Source: a virus (lineage: Duplodnaviria; Caudoviricetes). Taken from it: DNA of 64,000 nt. Below, piece by piece: positions 10,247 through 20,990 of the stretch. Location: IMG/VR virus record IMGVR_UViG_3300013936_000021, positions 1 through 64,000 of that record, one strand, 5' to 3'. Every line of letters begins with the position of its first letter. The stretch's first letter is position 1. The translations under genes were made by a program, and so were the position numbers. The notes beneath the pieces were generated by a model. The model was given only the letters and a program-made list of their open reading frames with translations, searched no databases and was not told the DNA's origin.

Positions 10247-11428
10247 ATGCAGCAATTTGATTTCAATAATTCGAGATACGCCAAGCTGTTTTCGAGCAAG
10301 GACAATATTAATTTCTTGCGTACCTTCCTCAATCAGAAGGACTTGCTCTACACAAACTATGGCTGGTATCTCACACAGGGGCACCGCGCTTCCATGCCAA
10401 CCCCGACCGATTATGACGGCGTAGCTTCTTACAGCGTCAAGTCTCGCAAGTTGGAGGCAGCTCCTTTGATGCACCTCCGCGCTCCCCTTGGCGACGCTCC
10501 GGAGATGGACAATGAAGGCGTGGAGATGTACACGGGCACAATCCCCGACTTTATCGGCTACAAATGGTCGGAAAACGCCCGTCAGCGCGAGTACAAAGAA
10601 CAGCTCTTCCAGCAATTCGGAAACGATGCGGACTTGATGGCCGCCTGGGTGCGTGACGTTGTGCAGGTCGGCAAGAACTCGGCAGAGGCTACTCTCTCCA
10701 ACTTAACCGCGCAGCTTATGACAACGGCCAAGATGTCTTGGTTCGGAAAAGGCGAGGGCTTGCAGCAGTTCTTGCAGGGCGTGGGGCCGTTCCCCGCCGA
10801 AAACAAGAAAAAGGCGGGAGCAAAGGTTTGGGCCGACTCCGATTGCAAGATCATCTCGCAGATGCGCAAGATTGAGGACGCATATCGTGACGAGCGTGGT
10901 GGCTACGAGGGGGCTCTTGTGTGGAAGATGACGCGCAAGATGTACCGAGACGTATTCTTGGTGAATGCCGAAGTAAAGGAGTGGTACAAGCGTTGGTGTA
11001 TTGCCCATTTCAAGGCTTACACGGAATCCATGCAGGTGCTTGACACGGACTTCCAACAGACCCTTTCCGACATGACGGGGCTTTCACCTATCGAGATTGT
11101 CGTAGAGAAGGAGCGCAACAAGACTGTCACAACGGACACGTTTGTCAATGGTTGGGACGATAAGTATGTGGTCCTTTGCCCGGCAGGCGACTCCGTGGAG
11201 TACAAGTGGACACCAGTGTATGACCAGACCTTGCAGCAGAAGTATGGCGCAAAGAACATCGATGTATCTTGGGCTTCTATCGCTGATGGTCTTGTTACTG
11301 TCGGAAACTACGCGATGGATAACGGCCAGCTCCGCGAGTGGCAGACGAAGGTGATGATGTCCGCTTGCCCCGTACTCCTCGACTTTATGAACCATACGAT
11401 TATCGACACGTCTACGGCCGGAGAGTAA
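10247..11428 (+). CDS. Major capsid protein
   Basis: 393 aa, position and lambda gpE-like features (KVWADSDCKII, C-terminal ACPVL). Confidence 0.8.
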   Translation: MQQFDFNNSRYAKLFSSKDNINFLRTFLNQKDLLYTNYGWYLTQGHRASMPTPTDYDGVASYSVKSRKLEAAPLMHLRAPLGDAPEMDNEGVEMYTGTIPDFIGYKWSENARQREYKEQLFQQFGNDADLMAAWVRDVVQVGKNSAEATLSNLTAQLMTTAKMSWFGKGEGLQQFLQGVGPFPAENKKKAGAKVWADSDCKIISQMRKIEDAYRDERGGYEGALVWKMTRKMYRDVFLVNAEVKEWYKRWCIAHFKAYTESMQVLDTDFQQTLSDMTGLSPIEIVVEKERNKTVTTDTFVNGWDDKYVVLCPAGDSVEYKWTPVYDQTLQQKYGAKNIDVSWASIADGLVTVGNYAMDNGQLREWQTKVMMSACPVLLDFMNHTIIDTSTAGE

Positions 11429-11478
11429 TCAAGTGGATCTAAGCTTTTCTTACTATAACACAACCCATTTCACTCTCT

Positions 11479-11862
11479 ATGACAGCATCTAAGTTTGACA
11501 TATTGGACTATCTAAGCGGAATGACGAATTTCGTATTCGACAGGTCGGCATTGCAGAATGTTGCCTTAGATTGCGGAGTTGCGGAAGTTGATGTTTATGC
11601 AGACCTGACAGACGAGCAGAAAGACAGATGCAAAATGGCGCTGCTCGAAAAAATCGTCTATGGGGTTTACCAGACGGCATCCACCACAACGCAACATGGT
11701 TCATACACTCTAACAGTCGGTGCCCAAACTATAACTTCGGCAGCGCTGGAGAGTATCAAGTCGGAACTTCGAAGGCTTTACAGGAAGTACAACGAAGAAG
11801 ACAAAATCAGTGTCCTTGACGATGCGTCAGGAGAAGTGAAATGGATTGATGAAACTGATTAA
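11479..11862 (+). CDS. Head-tail connector protein
   Basis: 127 aa after MCP with typical TTQHGSYTLT hairpin. Confidence 0.6.
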   Translation: MTASKFDILDYLSGMTNFVFDRSALQNVALDCGVAEVDVYADLTDEQKDRCKMALLEKIVYGVYQTASTTTQHGSYTLTVGAQTITSAALESIKSELRRLYRKYNEEDKISVLDDASGEVKWIDETD

Positions 11863-11870
11863 CTGGATAA

Positions 11871-12245
11871 ATGTACACGGACAGAAACGCCATAAAGGAA
11901 TACGCCTATCAAGGAGTGTTCTATAAGAAGGAGAGTAACCTCCCGGAAGATGGAGATTTGCTTTCAGAGGGTGATGAGATTGAAACCGTCATCTTGGAGA
12001 CAAAATGCGACATCCAGGAGACTAACAAACTCTTTAATTCCGGCGTAGTGACGATGGGGTACACGATTTATTTTCCTATCCCCTTCAATAGAGATAGCGA
12101 AGAAGAGTATATTCCCAATGGGCTGGAGCCCGGCATACGATTTAGGAGTAATATGTGCGGTATGGACGTGGACGGGATGGTTATAGGCGTATATCCAACG
12201 CAAATGCACGGATGTGTGGCCTACATAAAAGGAACAGATATTTAA
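11871..12245 (+). CDS. Head closure/adaptor protein
   Basis: Position; beta-rich ETKCDIQE...YTIYFP. Confidence 0.55.
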   Translation: MYTDRNAIKEYAYQGVFYKKESNLPEDGDLLSEGDEIETVILETKCDIQETNKLFNSGVVTMGYTIYFPIPFNRDSEEEYIPNGLEPGIRFRSNMCGMDVDGMVIGVYPTQMHGCVAYIKGTDI

Positions 12246-12250
12246 AAGAC

Positions 12251-12649
12251 ATGGCGCAAAGAGCACAACGTAGGCTATCTCGGATAGAGAACTTCTTTTC
12301 GATACTCCTTACCAAAAAGGGTATTTCGGATAATGTTTTCGTCGGTGAGCTTCCGCCTACAACAGATAAGGATTGGGACGATTTCGTCAATGTCGACGTG
12401 GGGCAGCAAACAGACCGCGGCGCATATTCCTCCGGTTATGCAAATATCTACCTTTATGCAAGGCCAAAAGGCACGCCTTTGAGGAAAAACGTCAAACTGC
12501 TTGATAAAATGGAGAGCGTTCTTGATGAAGTGGTTGAAAAGTCAAACGACAATGACTATGTCATTCAGGAGCTATATCGGGATAGCGGCTACGATTCCAA
12601 CAGGCAGTTCCACTTTCAGATGATTTCTGTTTCTGTTATTGTGAGATAG
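12251..12649 (+). CDS. Tail terminator-like protein
   Basis: Precedes tail tube gene; VFVGELP...YLYARP pattern. Confidence 0.55.
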   Translation: MAQRAQRRLSRIENFFSILLTKKGISDNVFVGELPPTTDKDWDDFVNVDVGQQTDRGAYSSGYANIYLYARPKGTPLRKNVKLLDKMESVLDEVVEKSNDNDYVIQELYRDSGYDSNRQFHFQMISVSVIVR

Positions 12650-12699
12650 CGTGTTTAACATAAAATATTTACAGGATAACATTTAAAACTTATAAGATT

Positions 12700-13257
12700 A
12701 TGGCAATGACAAACACAGGCGCAAAGGCAGTGAAGCTGTCTAAGCCAACCCACATTATCGTAACACCTTTCGATGGTAACGCAAAGGGTTCAGAGGTTTA
12801 CGATTTGGACGATGTTGTACGTGACACTGTTAGTATCTCACAGGACGATAACGAGACTACCGATATTGAGCGTGAGACCTCTGACACCCCTATCTTGTCT
12901 ATCGTAACAACTGGCAAATATCAGTTTGCCGCCGAGGTCGCCGATACACAGGCGGATGTATTGAAGGCGTTATGTGGCTTTACCCTTGATACAGACGGCA
13001 AGATTTACGCCCCCTCCACCTATCAGGCAATGTATGCGGAGATCGCCGTGGTTATTCCAAACGGAACGAAGAACGTCGGCTTAATCCTTCCAAAGGTTCA
13101 GCTCAACTCCAAGACCACTATCGAATCTCTGAACACGAATATGGCAAAGGTTGCTTTGGCAGGTACCGGCCAGCTGGTTGAGGTCACTCTTGCCGACAAG
13201 ACAACCAAGCAGAAAGTGCCTTTCTATATCGACCCAGACTACCAGCTTCCGAAGTAA
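12700..13257 (+). CDS. Major tail tube protein
   Basis: 185 aa Thr-rich beta protein followed by a terminator. Confidence 0.7.
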   Translation: MAMTNTGAKAVKLSKPTHIIVTPFDGNAKGSEVYDLDDVVRDTVSISQDDNETTDIERETSDTPILSIVTTGKYQFAAEVADTQADVLKALCGFTLDTDGKIYAPSTYQAMYAEIAVVIPNGTKNVGLILPKVQLNSKTTIESLNTNMAKVALAGTGQLVEVTLADKTTKQKVPFYIDPDYQLPK

Positions 13258-13293
13258 GGCAGGAGTTCTTTAATAATTCTCAACTATACAACC

Positions 13294-13330
13294 AAGGGGG
13301 GCGGCGGCTTTGATGCTGTCCACCCCCTTC
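13294..13330 (+). terminator. Hairpin terminator
   Basis: AAGGGGGGCGGCGGC/GCTGTCCACCCCCTT inverted repeat. Confidence 0.55.
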
Positions 13331-13343
13331 AAGTTTTAAAGAC

Positions 13344-13796
13344 ATGGCGAAGACACTATATGAGCAAGCCTTGCAGATAATCGTTGCAGAATTGGATAAG
13401 GATGCCAAGAACATACTCCGTGAGTGTATTCAAGAAATAACCTACACTCACAGAACAAAGAACTTGTATGATTCATACGGATATGGCATATATGTTCAAA
13501 GCAAACTTGTTAAGACTGGGTTCCTTTCAGCATCGCCACAAGCAACAAAGAGCAAGAAGTGGTATGGCGAAGAAATCAAAGGGCGTGACGAGATAAGAGA
13601 CTACCTAAAGAATGATTATTTGCCAAGAGGCGTTGTTGACTTGGCGGTTGCTGCCGCAATGCCTTATGCAAAGATACTCGAAGAGGGAGGAGGAGGAGGC
13701 TTAAAGCATTCTTATCGTGTCATCTCGATGTCTTTTCAGAAACTACAAGAACTGGCTTACAAGTATAGTGGATCGGTAAAAATCATAAGACAATAG
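13344..13796 (+). CDS. HK97 gp10-like tail completion protein
   Basis: RTKNLYDSY and AAMPYAKILE motifs. Confidence 0.65.
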   Translation: MAKTLYEQALQIIVAELDKDAKNILRECIQEITYTHRTKNLYDSYGYGIYVQSKLVKTGFLSASPQATKSKKWYGEEIKGRDEIRDYLKNDYLPRGVVDLAVAAAMPYAKILEEGGGGGLKHSYRVISMSFQKLQELAYKYSGSVKIIRQ

Positions 13797-13799
13797 GTC

Positions 13800-14354
13800 A
13801 TGGCAGTACATAGAGCAAAGAAAGACACAGCCAAGGCGAAGAAACAGGCCGAGGAGGAAGCAAAAAAGATAAAGCCCAATTCTCCTTTGTCAAACAAGGC
13901 GATGGAACGGCTGGCGCAGATAATGAACGATTCTCCAACTATTGTAAAACTCGAAGGAACCGAATGGGAGGTGAAGGCGTTAAAGCCTGGCACCCAGTGG
14001 ATGATTGCCGAGGAGGCTTGCAAGATGGTAAAGAAGGAGAATCTTTCGATGGGTGATGTTATCAAGGAGTTTTCTGTTAATCTTCCATCCGTGGCAAGGG
14101 TTATCACGCTGGCACTCTTGAACGACAAGGAGCGCATCAAGTCTGACGAGTATCAACAAGTTTATGATCAGCTTCTTTGGGGCGACTACGATATGAAGGA
14201 CTGGGCTACCCTGCTTGTGGAGATACTAAACCTTCTTGACGTGGATTTTTTCTTTGCGAGTACCAATGTGATTCAGACCGTCCGAAGTCAGGCGCTGATG
14301 AGGAAGAAACAAGCAGCCGAATCGTGCCTTCAAGGACAGAATACGGTCAGATGA
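13800..14354 (+). CDS. Tail assembly chaperone (gpG-like)
   Basis: Upstream of tape measure; slippery heptamer T TTT TTC at 14246-14252. Confidence 0.7.
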   Translation: MAVHRAKKDTAKAKKQAEEEAKKIKPNSPLSNKAMERLAQIMNDSPTIVKLEGTEWEVKALKPGTQWMIAEEACKMVKKENLSMGDVIKEFSVNLPSVARVITLALLNDKERIKSDEYQQVYDQLLWGDYDMKDWATLLVEILNLLDVDFFFASTNVIQTVRSQALMRKKQAAESCLQGQNTVR

Positions 14355-14572
14355 TAGACTTTTTGAGGGCAAACACTTGGTGCTCGCAGGAAGAATACAA
14401 GTGGGGAATGACAGTCCCGCAGGTTCGTCTCGCAAGTATGGATTTCACTCATATAGAGTACCTTTCCGACAGCGAGAAGAAGAAGCAGGACGACAAGTTG
14501 AAGAACGCAACGGTAATCAATGGTGCGGAGGACTTAAAGAACCTCAACGACCTTGGAATACCTATTATTTAA
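14246..14572 (+). CDS. Tail assembly chaperone -1 frameshift extension (gpGT-like)
   Basis: -1 frame open from the slippery site (FFLCEYQCDSDRPKS...) into the 14324-14572 ORF. Confidence 0.7.
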   Translation, partial: FFLCEYQCDSDRPKSGADEEETSSRIVPSRTEYGQMIDFLRANTWCSQEEYKWGMTVPQVRLASMDFTHIEYLSDSEKKKQDDKLKNATVINGAEDLKNLNDLGIPII

Positions 14573-14594
14573 CCATTAATAAAAAGTAAGATAT

Positions 14595-17500
14595 ATGGCA
14601 AAGTCAGCTTTAGGTGCCGCGCTCGAAATACCGAAAAGTGCTCTCGCTGCAATAGATGCAGCCGACAAGAAGTTAAAGGATATTCAAGCTACAGCCACAA
14701 ACACAGCCAACAGCGTAAACTCTGCTTTTGGAACTATGACCGCGGGTACAAAGCCTTTTATTGATGCTCTTGACCAAATTATTACCAAGCTTGGTACCAT
14801 CAACGCATCTGCTTCTAATGCGGGGAGCGGATTAGGAAGTCTTGGGCAAGGATTGGGGAATATTGGCAATGGTGCTTCAAAGGCAGTACAAGACTTGAAC
14901 AATCTGGTTAATCAATTGTCCAATGTGGGAGGTAATGGCACAAGTAGCATCATGCAGGCTGTATTTGCATTCAAGCGTCTCCAGGAGTCCGCGAAAGGTG
15001 CAAGTGGAATGAATATTGCGGAGTTAAAAGAAGAAATCCGTTCAATCAACAGCATCCTGAGAGATACCTCCTACAATCTCACAAAAGCAGACCAGGATTC
15101 GTTAAACAAAAGGAAAAAACTTCTTCAAGATGAATTGAAATATCAAGAGCAAATTAACGAGGAGCGTGTTATCTCATTTCAAAAAGCTCTCGATAGGATG
15201 GTTAGTGCGCAAACCGCATACAACAACAAGCAAAAAGCGGCATACAAGGCAACCGCAAACGATTATAAAGCACAGAATTATAGCCAGAACACAACATACC
15301 AAGGAGCTTTGGACTTTTCTTCCAAGGCTAACACCCTGAACCGTCAAGCCAAAGCTATAGAGTATTTAAAAGAGGCTCGCATGAAGCTTTCACAGGCAGA
15401 TTCTGACTATAAGCAAAAACTAACAGCGCTTAATTCTGCGATTGAAAAACATATAAAGAATCTCAAAGAAGCTGGAATGAACTCGCGCACCCTCGGCGAG
15501 CAAACTTCATACCTCGCAGGATATATGTCACGTCTTGCGCAAAGAACCGCCGTTGTGTTTTCTATCAGCGCAGCAAAGAATTTCGTGGAGCAAATTGCCG
15601 AGGTTCGTGGCCAGTTTGAGTTGTCTGAGCGTTCCTTGGAGGCAATCCTCCAAAACAAGCCAAAGGCGGACGAGATTTTCAACAAGACGGTAGAGTTGGC
15701 AGTCAAGTCACCATTTCGCATCAAGGACTTGGTGGACTACACGAGGCAGCTCTCTGCTTATAGAATTGAATCAGATAGACTTTACGACACCACCAAACGG
15801 CTTGCCGACGTCTCTGCGGGTCTTGGCGTTGACATGGGCAGGCTTATCCTTGCCTATGGGCAGGTTAAGGCAGCGGCGTACCTTCGAGGCTCCGAGGTTC
15901 GCCAGTTCACGGAGGCCGGAATCAACATGTACGGGGAGCTGCAGCAATACTTCAAGGAGGTAAAAGGTGAGGCATACACGACCGCTCAAATCGTGGATAT
16001 GATTTCCAAACGCAAGGTTACCTTTGAGGACGTAGAGGCAATCTTTCAGCGTATGACCGACAAGGGCGGCACGTTCTACAACATGCAGGAAATCCAGGCA
16101 GAGACTCTCCAAGGTAAGATTTCTAACTTGAAGGACGCTTTCGATGTGATGCTCAATGATATTGGTAAGGCTAATCAAGGGACTTTCAATAGCATGATTT
16201 CGGCAGGTACATCTTTGCTAAACAATTGGAAAGCCGTAGCGAATGTTGGAGAAGCGTTAATATCTATCCTCGTCACTCTAAAAGCACGGTCATTGTTCTT
16301 GAAGTCTTCTTGGGGTATGGCTTTCTCGCAGGCGGACTCCAAGGGCCTTGTTAGGTATAAAGCGTTATTCACAAACGCTTTTAACAGCATGGGGCAAGCC
16401 ATGAAGTCTTTTGGCACTATCGCAAAAACTTCGCTTGTGGGACTGGGGATCTTCGCAGCGATAGAAGCCGTAACCACTATTATAGAGAAGTACCAAGATT
16501 ACAAGAAAAAGGTTCAAGAAGCAAATGACGAAACTATAAAGGCGCAGGGAGCAATAGGTGCTATCGCTGGCTCGTATGACAAGTTAGCAAGCGCCGCAAA
16601 ATCAGCAAATGAAAATATTGCCGGAGGTGACCTTGAAAAGAATATTGAAGACAGACGTGCCCAATTACAGAAACTGATTGACCTCGCAGCAAAAGACGGG
16701 CTGAATTTCAAGATTAATGTAGATACCATAAACGAAGAAGACCTTGACAAGAAGTTTAAGGACATAAAGGAGAAATATCAAGACTTTGTAGACAGCATCA
16801 ATGCTATTGAGCAACAGTATGCGCATAATAACGCATGGAATACTTGGTTTACTGACGGATTGGACGACGACGCTGGCGACTATAACGAGGTTGTTATTGA
16901 CTTTCTTTCGAAGTCATCTCAAATGGAGCAGGTGATCGCTGTCGTTAATGCTAATTATGACAAGGCGACCAATGCAACCAAGAGGTATTTCGATGAGGTC
17001 CGAGCAGGGCAGAAAGACGGAGAGTCCAACCTCGAATATTGGCAAAGAATGTATATTGCAATCAGCAATATTACGGCAAATGTTCCTGGTGCCTTCGAAT
17101 GGTTCCGTTCCGTTCGCGACGCCTCGTTGGACATGAGCAACGGTATGGCAAAAATCCGAAGAGAAGCCAGCGAACTAACCGCGGAGTTCGATGCCGTCTT
17201 TGGCGATTTGAGGAAGAAATACAACAACGACCCAATACGTATTCAAGCCGCTATTGATCGGACTGCGGCAAAGCATGATTGGAGCCAATACGAGAAAGAA
17301 CTTGCTTATCGCCACTTCGGGATAAATGTCTCTATCAATAAAGATTCAGTAGAGAAGGAGGTAAGCTGGGTCGATGACTATATTCGCGACTATTTCGCAA
17401 AACAAAAGTTCGGAATTAACCTATCCGTTAAGACCATCGACGACGATAAGGCTTTGGATGACTTTATTAGCAAGGGCGATCAAGCCGCTAAGGCTGCCAA

Positions 17501-20333
17501 AAACTGGCAGGAGGTTGAAAAGCGGCTTTCTACTGTCGCCAAGAACGCTAAAGAAATAAAAATAGACGCTTCAATAAGAAAGTTATTCAAGCCGGGGGCG
17601 ATACCAATGGCACAAAAGACCATTAGCGTTTCCAAACTCCGAGCACTTGTCGCCGAATACAAGAAGGCGGCTGCTGATACGGCGAAAAACGCTTACGGCG
17701 TAGATCCGTTCGAAAAACAGAATAAAAAGGAAAATGCAAAGCAAGAGAAGGCTCAGCGAGACCTTTTGCAGGAGCGGATCTCCCTACTGAAGGATATGAA
17801 CTCCAAATACAATGAACTTGTAAAGAGCGAAAGCGAGGAGCGCGCCTTGTCTGAAACCCGCAAATACTTCAAAGAGGCCGCGAGCAATGTAGGATGGAGC
17901 GCAAACGATATTTTTCCTGACGATAAGTCTGTTGCGAAGCGCATTAAGGAGATAGGAGCGCAATACAAGGACTTGTCCAAGAGAGGCGGTGCCTTCAGGG
18001 CATCAGCCGACATCACTCTCAACATATCAAAGAAAGAGTATGATAAGATGAAGGATGAAATCTCGCGCAACGTAGACGACGCCTTCTCAAACTTACAACT
18101 CTATAAGAAGTTGAATAGTGAAGGACTTTCCGACAGGCTCATAAAATCCATGTTTGGAGACATGTCCACTTCATTTAAGGAGGTTGGGGATGCTATCGAC
18201 GACGAGTTTAATAAGTATATCATCAAGGATTATGAGACAAAGTACGGAACCGACATAAACAAATGGGGAGAGAAGGTTATTGAGCAGTATAATAAAGACC
18301 TCTACAACACGGCTGACGTGTTAAAGAAGCGTTTTGGTGATAGCGAAATTTACCAACAGTACCTTGACAAAAAGCAGAAGCTCGATCAACAGGTAAGGCA
18401 AGACACGGTTGAACAGGCGCAGGAGTTGATAAAGGCGTACAAGCAGCAGCTTTCAGACCAGCTCCAGCTTGACAGATGGTATATTGACGAACGGAACAAG
18501 ATCCAAACAAATGCAGATATAGCAAAGAACCCCGAGCTACAGAAGCAACTTCAAGAAAATCTTGACAAGCAGTATCGCCAGAAGACGGATGCTAACACTT
18601 GGAAAGATTTTCAGAACAGCGACATGTACGTCCGGCTATTCGACAATCTCGAGCAAGTGTCATCTAAGGCTCTCGATGCGATGGCCGAGAAGCTTCAATC
18701 GCTCCGCACGAGCTTGAAAGACCTCGACCCTACACAATTGAAAACTATTGTTGACCAAATCAACAAGGTGAATGAGGTTCGCAATTCGCGTAACCCATTC
18801 AAGGCTCTTGTGAGTGGGTATAAAGAGATGATAAAAGCGAGCAAGGCGCTAAAATCGCTTGGTGGAGTAGAAAGATATGTTGAGCTAAACAGTCAACGCT
18901 CCACGTTTAAAGAAGATCTGGAGGCATACAACAGACTTGTCGAAGTTTTAGAAAAGCAGTATGATGAAGAGGTAAAGATAAACGGAGAAGAGAGTGACTT
19001 GGCAAAGTCGTTGTCTTTCCGCCTTTCCGTCAACAAAGGTATTCGCGACAATCTCAAAGCGCAGCTGCATCTCACCGATGAGCAGATTCAGAAAATCGGG
19101 GAGGTAATGACGCAAGAAGAGGCATCTAAGGCTAAATTCGTAAAATCAATAGACGACATCAGCTCAATTGTTTCTTCCATACAGTCAGCTTTCGAAAGTC
19201 TCTCTTCATCCTTTAGCGTGTCTTCGCAAGCTATAAGTAGCGCGTTCACAATTATAGAGGGCACTCTATCTGCGGTAAAAGGCATTAAAAACAAGGATGT
19301 TGCCGGAACCATCTCTGGCATAACGAGCGCATTGAGCGGAATTATCAGCCTATTTGGTAGCGAAAGCGGCATTGATAAGGAGATACAGAGACAGCAGCGC
19401 GCAATCAGCAGGCTTCAAAACGCATACGAGAAGCTAAAAAAGTCTATGGACGACGCTTTTAGTATAGACCGACTGTATGAGTATAACAAGAAGTCTGTTA
19501 ACGCCTTAGAGAAGGAGAAAAAGGCATACGAGGCAATGGTTGAAGCCGAGAAGGGCCGAAAGAATCCCGACGAGGATAAAATAGACGGATGGAATCAGCA
19601 AATCAGTTCCTTGAACGATACTATTCAGGAATTAGAAGAATCTATGACGGAGGCTCTTGGAGGATTTGGTAGTCAATCTAACTACAAGTCGGCTGCAGAA
19701 GCTTTCGCTGAAGCCTGGGTGGATGCTTTTAATGAAGGCAGTGACGCTCTGGACGCACTTAATGACAAGTTTGACGACTACTTCGACAACTTGCTCAAAA
19801 AGCAGAGTGTTCAGCGCGCTTCTGAACGTTTTATTCAACCCATTCTTGAAGCTTTTGATAAAGCCGTTTCAGAAGGGAGCGAAGGCGGAAACAACGGCCT
19901 TGAAGTCACAAAGAATGAGCTTGACAATCTCAAAAAGCTCAAAGATGAAAACCTTGCCGCTTATAACGACTATCTTAAAAAAATGATGGAGATGCTCGGT
20001 GTAAAAGCAACAGGAAGCTCTAACATATCAGCTTTGCAGCAGGGTATTCAATCCGTGACGGAAGGAACGGCACAAGCCCTGGAGAGCATCTTGAACTCCA
20101 TGCGCTACTACCTCGCTACGCAACAAGCAGACGTGAGGATCATTAGAGACACGTTAATCCAACGTCTTAACTCCGTAATAACGCAATCGGGAAGTGACAG
20201 CGGGAACATTATGGTAAGCCTCATGCAGCAGCAGGTGGGTTACCTTCGTCAGATATGCGACAATTGGGATAGCGTCTTGAAAGGAGGCCATAAGCAAGGA
20301 GGAAAGGGACTAAAAGTATTCATTAACGGATGA
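14595..20333 (+). CDS. Tape measure protein
   Basis: 1912 aa helical; tape-measure domain (AVKSPFRIKDL...LILAYGQVKAAAYLRGSEVRQF). Confidence 0.93.
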   Translation: MAKSALGAALEIPKSALAAIDAADKKLKDIQATATNTANSVNSAFGTMTAGTKPFIDALDQIITKLGTINASASNAGSGLGSLGQGLGNIGNGASKAVQDLNNLVNQLSNVGGNGTSSIMQAVFAFKRLQESAKGASGMNIAELKEEIRSINSILRDTSYNLTKADQDSLNKRKKLLQDELKYQEQINEERVISFQKALDRMVSAQTAYNNKQKAAYKATANDYKAQNYSQNTTYQGALDFSSKANTLNRQAKAIEYLKEARMKLSQADSDYKQKLTALNSAIEKHIKNLKEAGMNSRTLGEQTSYLAGYMSRLAQRTAVVFSISAAKNFVEQIAEVRGQFELSERSLEAILQNKPKADEIFNKTVELAVKSPFRIKDLVDYTRQLSAYRIESDRLYDTTKRLADVSAGLGVDMGRLILAYGQVKAAAYLRGSEVRQFTEAGINMYGELQQYFKEVKGEAYTTAQIVDMISKRKVTFEDVEAIFQRMTDKGGTFYNMQEIQAETLQGKISNLKDAFDVMLNDIGKANQGTFNSMISAGTSLLNNWKAVANVGEALISILVTLKARSLFLKSSWGMAFSQADSKGLVRYKALFTNAFNSMGQAMKSFGTIAKTSLVGLGIFAAIEAVTTIIEKYQDYKKKVQEANDETIKAQGAIGAIAGSYDKLASAAKSANENIAGGDLEKNIEDRRAQLQKLIDLAAKDGLNFKINVDTINEEDLDKKFKDIKEKYQDFVDSINAIEQQYAHNNAWNTWFTDGLDDDAGDYNEVVIDFLSKSSQMEQVIAVVNANYDKATNATKRYFDEVRAGQKDGESNLEYWQRMYIAISNITANVPGAFEWFRSVRDASLDMSNGMAKIRREASELTAEFDAVFGDLRKKYNNDPIRIQAAIDRTAAKHDWSQYEKELAYRHFGINVSINKDSVEKEVSWVDDYIRDYFAKQKFGINLSVKTIDDDKALDDFISKGDQAAKAAKNWQEVEKRLSTVAKNAKEIKIDASIRKLFKPGAIPMAQKTISVSKLRALVAEYKKAAADTAKNAYGVDPFEKQNKKENAKQEKAQRDLLQERISLLKDMNSKYNELVKSESEERALSETRKYFKEAASNVGWSANDIFPDDKSVAKRIKEIGAQYKDLSKRGGAFRASADITLNISKKEYDKMKDEISRNVDDAFSNLQLYKKLNSEGLSDRLIKSMFGDMSTSFKEVGDAIDDEFNKYIIKDYETKYGTDINKWGEKVIEQYNKDLYNTADVLKKRFGDSEIYQQYLDKKQKLDQQVRQDTVEQAQELIKAYKQQLSDQLQLDRWYIDERNKIQTNADIAKNPELQKQLQENLDKQYRQKTDANTWKDFQNSDMYVRLFDNLEQVSSKALDAMAEKLQSLRTSLKDLDPTQLKTIVDQINKVNEVRNSRNPFKALVSGYKEMIKASKALKSLGGVERYVELNSQRSTFKEDLEAYNRLVEVLEKQYDEEVKINGEESDLAKSLSFRLSVNKGIRDNLKAQLHLTDEQIQKIGEVMTQEEASKAKFVKSIDDISSIVSSIQSAFESLSSSFSVSSQAISSAFTIIEGTLSAVKGIKNKDVAGTISGITSALSGIISLFGSESGIDKEIQRQQRAISRLQNAYEKLKKSMDDAFSIDRLYEYNKKSVNALEKEKKAYEAMVEAEKGRKNPDEDKIDGWNQQISSLNDTIQELEESMTEALGGFGSQSNYKSAAEAFAEAWVDAFNEGSDALDALNDKFDDYFDNLLKKQSVQRASERFIQPILEAFDKAVSEGSEGGNNGLEVTKNELDNLKKLKDENLAAYNDYLKKMMEMLGVKATGSSNISALQQGIQSVTEGTAQALESILNSMRYYLATQQADVRIIRDTLIQRLNSVITQSGSDSGNIMVSLMQQQVGYLRQICDNWDSVLKGGHKQGGKGLKVFING

Positions 20334-20339
20334 TAAATA

Positions 20340-20507
20340 CTAAGTGCTACGCGAGAACGGTTCATCTGCCGTCTCGCGTAGCGCTATATATACGGGCATG
20401 CCGTTTGCAGCTATTGATTTGTACATAGTCGCAAGTAACGCCATCGTCTTGCCATTCGGTGGGGTGACATTCCGCCATATCCTTCTAATATCCTTGTCTG
20501 TCCTCAT
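20340..20507 (-). CDS. TRD-like mini-gene G (55 aa)
   Basis: Manual translation MRTDKDIRRIWRNVTPPNGKTMALLATMYKSIAANGMPVYIALRE...; shares ATMYK..NG with module F. Confidence 0.65.
   Translation of the reverse strand: MRTDKDIRRIWRNVTPPNGKTMALLATMYKSIAANGMPVYIALRETADEPFSRST
20346..20382. terminator. Bidirectional hairpin between convergent operons
   Basis: GCTACGCGAGA...TCTCGCGTAGC inverted repeat. Confidence 0.6.
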
Positions 20508-20665
20508 AACTTTCAAGAATATACGTTACACCATTGTTGCCACCGCCCTTGTACATGGTAGCGCAAAGGGTAACTGATTTCTCTCGCCCCCCCGATGGAA
20601 CATTCCACCAAAGAGAATGTTCTTAATCCTCCGTTAATCTGTGGATGTACTTGGTATCTTCTCAT
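20485..20665 (-). CDS. TRD-like mini-gene F, frameshifted at G7 run (OFF)
   Basis: MRRYQVHPQINGGLRTFSLVECSIGG / REKSVTLCATMYKGGGNNGVTYILESYE; G6 or G9 at 20587-20593 restores frame. Confidence 0.65.
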
Positions 20666-20846
20666 ATACTTCAAGTAAGTAATTAATCTGCCCGCCCGAC
20701 ATTACGGAACTTGTCTTCTCGTCGGGTCTGCAAGAATAGGCAAGCAGAGTGCATCTTGTGCCATATTTCCGCTCGCCTAAAGAATATTCTTTCCATACCT
20801 TTCTGCCGAGTTCAGTGCGGTATTGGTTAAGTATTTTCCTTCTCAT
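20634..20846 (-). CDS. TRD-like mini-gene E (70 aa)
   Basis: LNQYRTELGRKVWKEY...RPDEKTSSV...YLLEVYE; paralog of module 0. Confidence 0.7.
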   Translation of the reverse strand: MRRKILNQYRTELGRKVWKEYSLGERKYGTRCTLLAYSCRPDEKTSSVMSGGQINYLLEVYEKIPSTSTD

Positions 20847-20990
20847 AAACTTCCAATATTTTTTTTACCGACCCATCGGGAGCGCCTGCCTGAATACATA
20901 TACCCCCCCGTAAATGGAGTAAAACCTATGACGTTGCCGGGTAGTATTACCCCATTCGTGATTTCCGTTAAGTTGTATCGGTCTTCTCAT
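20827..20990 (-). CDS. TRD-like mini-gene D, frameshifted at G7 run (OFF)
   Basis: MRRPIQLNGNHEWGNTTRQRHRFYSIYGG / GICIQAGAPDGSVKKILEVYE; G8 at 20903-20909 restores frame. Confidence 0.65.
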
